From: Octopus bimaculoides
Lineage: Eukaryota
Reading direction: 5' to 3'
Length of the DNA stretch: 64,000 nucleotides
NCBI RefSeq assembly: GCF_001194135.2
Contig: NC_069007.1
Span: 5,747,379-5,811,378, forward strand
Shown: positions 63,515 to 64,000 of the stretch, one piece after another
Position numbering within the stretch: the stretch's first letter is position 1
How the letters are laid out: every line of letters starts with the position of its first letter
Position numbers and translations under genes: made by a program
Notes under the pieces: generated by a model
What the model was told of the DNA's origin: nothing
Seen by the model: the letters and a program-made list of their open reading frames with translations, nothing else
The model's database searches: none

Positions 63515-63906
63515 TGTTGTTGTTGTTATTGGCACTCCATCGCTTATGACGTCGAGGGTTCCAGTTGATCCAATCAACGGAACAACCTGCTCGTGAAATT
63601 AACATGCAAGTGGCTGAGCACTCCACAGACACGTGTACCCTTAACGTAGTTCTCGGGGATATTCAGCGTGACACAGTGTAACAAGGCTGACACTTTGAAT
63701 TACAGGCACAACAGAAACAGGAAGTAAGAGTGAGAGAAAGTTGTGGTGAAAGAGTACAGCAGGGTTTGCCACCATCCCCTGCCGGAGTCTCGTAGAGCTT
63801 TAGGTGTTTTCGCTCAATAAACACTCACAACGCCTGGTCTGGGAATCGAAACTGTGATCCTATGACCGCGAGTCCGCTGCTCTAACTACTGGGCCATTGC
63901 GCCTCC
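63515..63906 (-). mobile_element. SINE family B, full-length, interrupting the R4 fragment
   Basis: Reverse complement of 54506-54890. Confidence 0.92.
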
Positions 63907-64000
63907 ACTAAGGTCGTCTTGAGAGTGGGGTGATCTCTATATAATGCTTGTGGGTTGGATGCAAACTTGCAATACATAAAAGATTGTTAAAAAATTTGTC

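Noticed and set aside
781-63906. tRNA-like A/B boxes as true tRNA genes
   Set aside because: All continue into multi-copy SINE bodies and lack a clear acceptor stem and cloverleaf.

Overview
AT-rich, gap-ridden eukaryotic scaffold segment with 16 N-gaps, mostly next to (TA)n or other microsatellites. The SINE repertoire resembles octopus/coleoid DNA (inference from recalled repeat families, not a database hit). The window is dominated by microsatellites and by at least five tRNA-headed or Nin-domain SINE families, which I label A-G. It also holds decayed LINE fragments (L1/Tx1, CR1-like, RTE, two R4/Dong-like pieces, a HERO-like end), a full-length decayed mariner with intact TIRs, a second mariner fragment, several MITEs and a Helitron-like element. 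No long intact ORF exists: nearly all ORF-track entries are microsatellite or gap artefacts. The best host-gene evidence is a minus-strand exon at 7023-7128 encoding a signal-peptide-like N-terminus, plus a few small phase-1 candidate exons. The most interesting signal is a dispersed family of fold-back elements carrying a minimal type-I hammerhead ribozyme motif. Its best copy (40880-40924, minus strand) lies inside an element with 39-bp inverted arms and a 12-bp target-site duplication; decayed relatives occur at about 31.0, 42.0 and 51.4 kb. An unrelated ~500-bp hairpin at 57.3-57.8 kb also carries hammerhead-like cores. Boundaries were read by eye and are approximate unless stated as exact.
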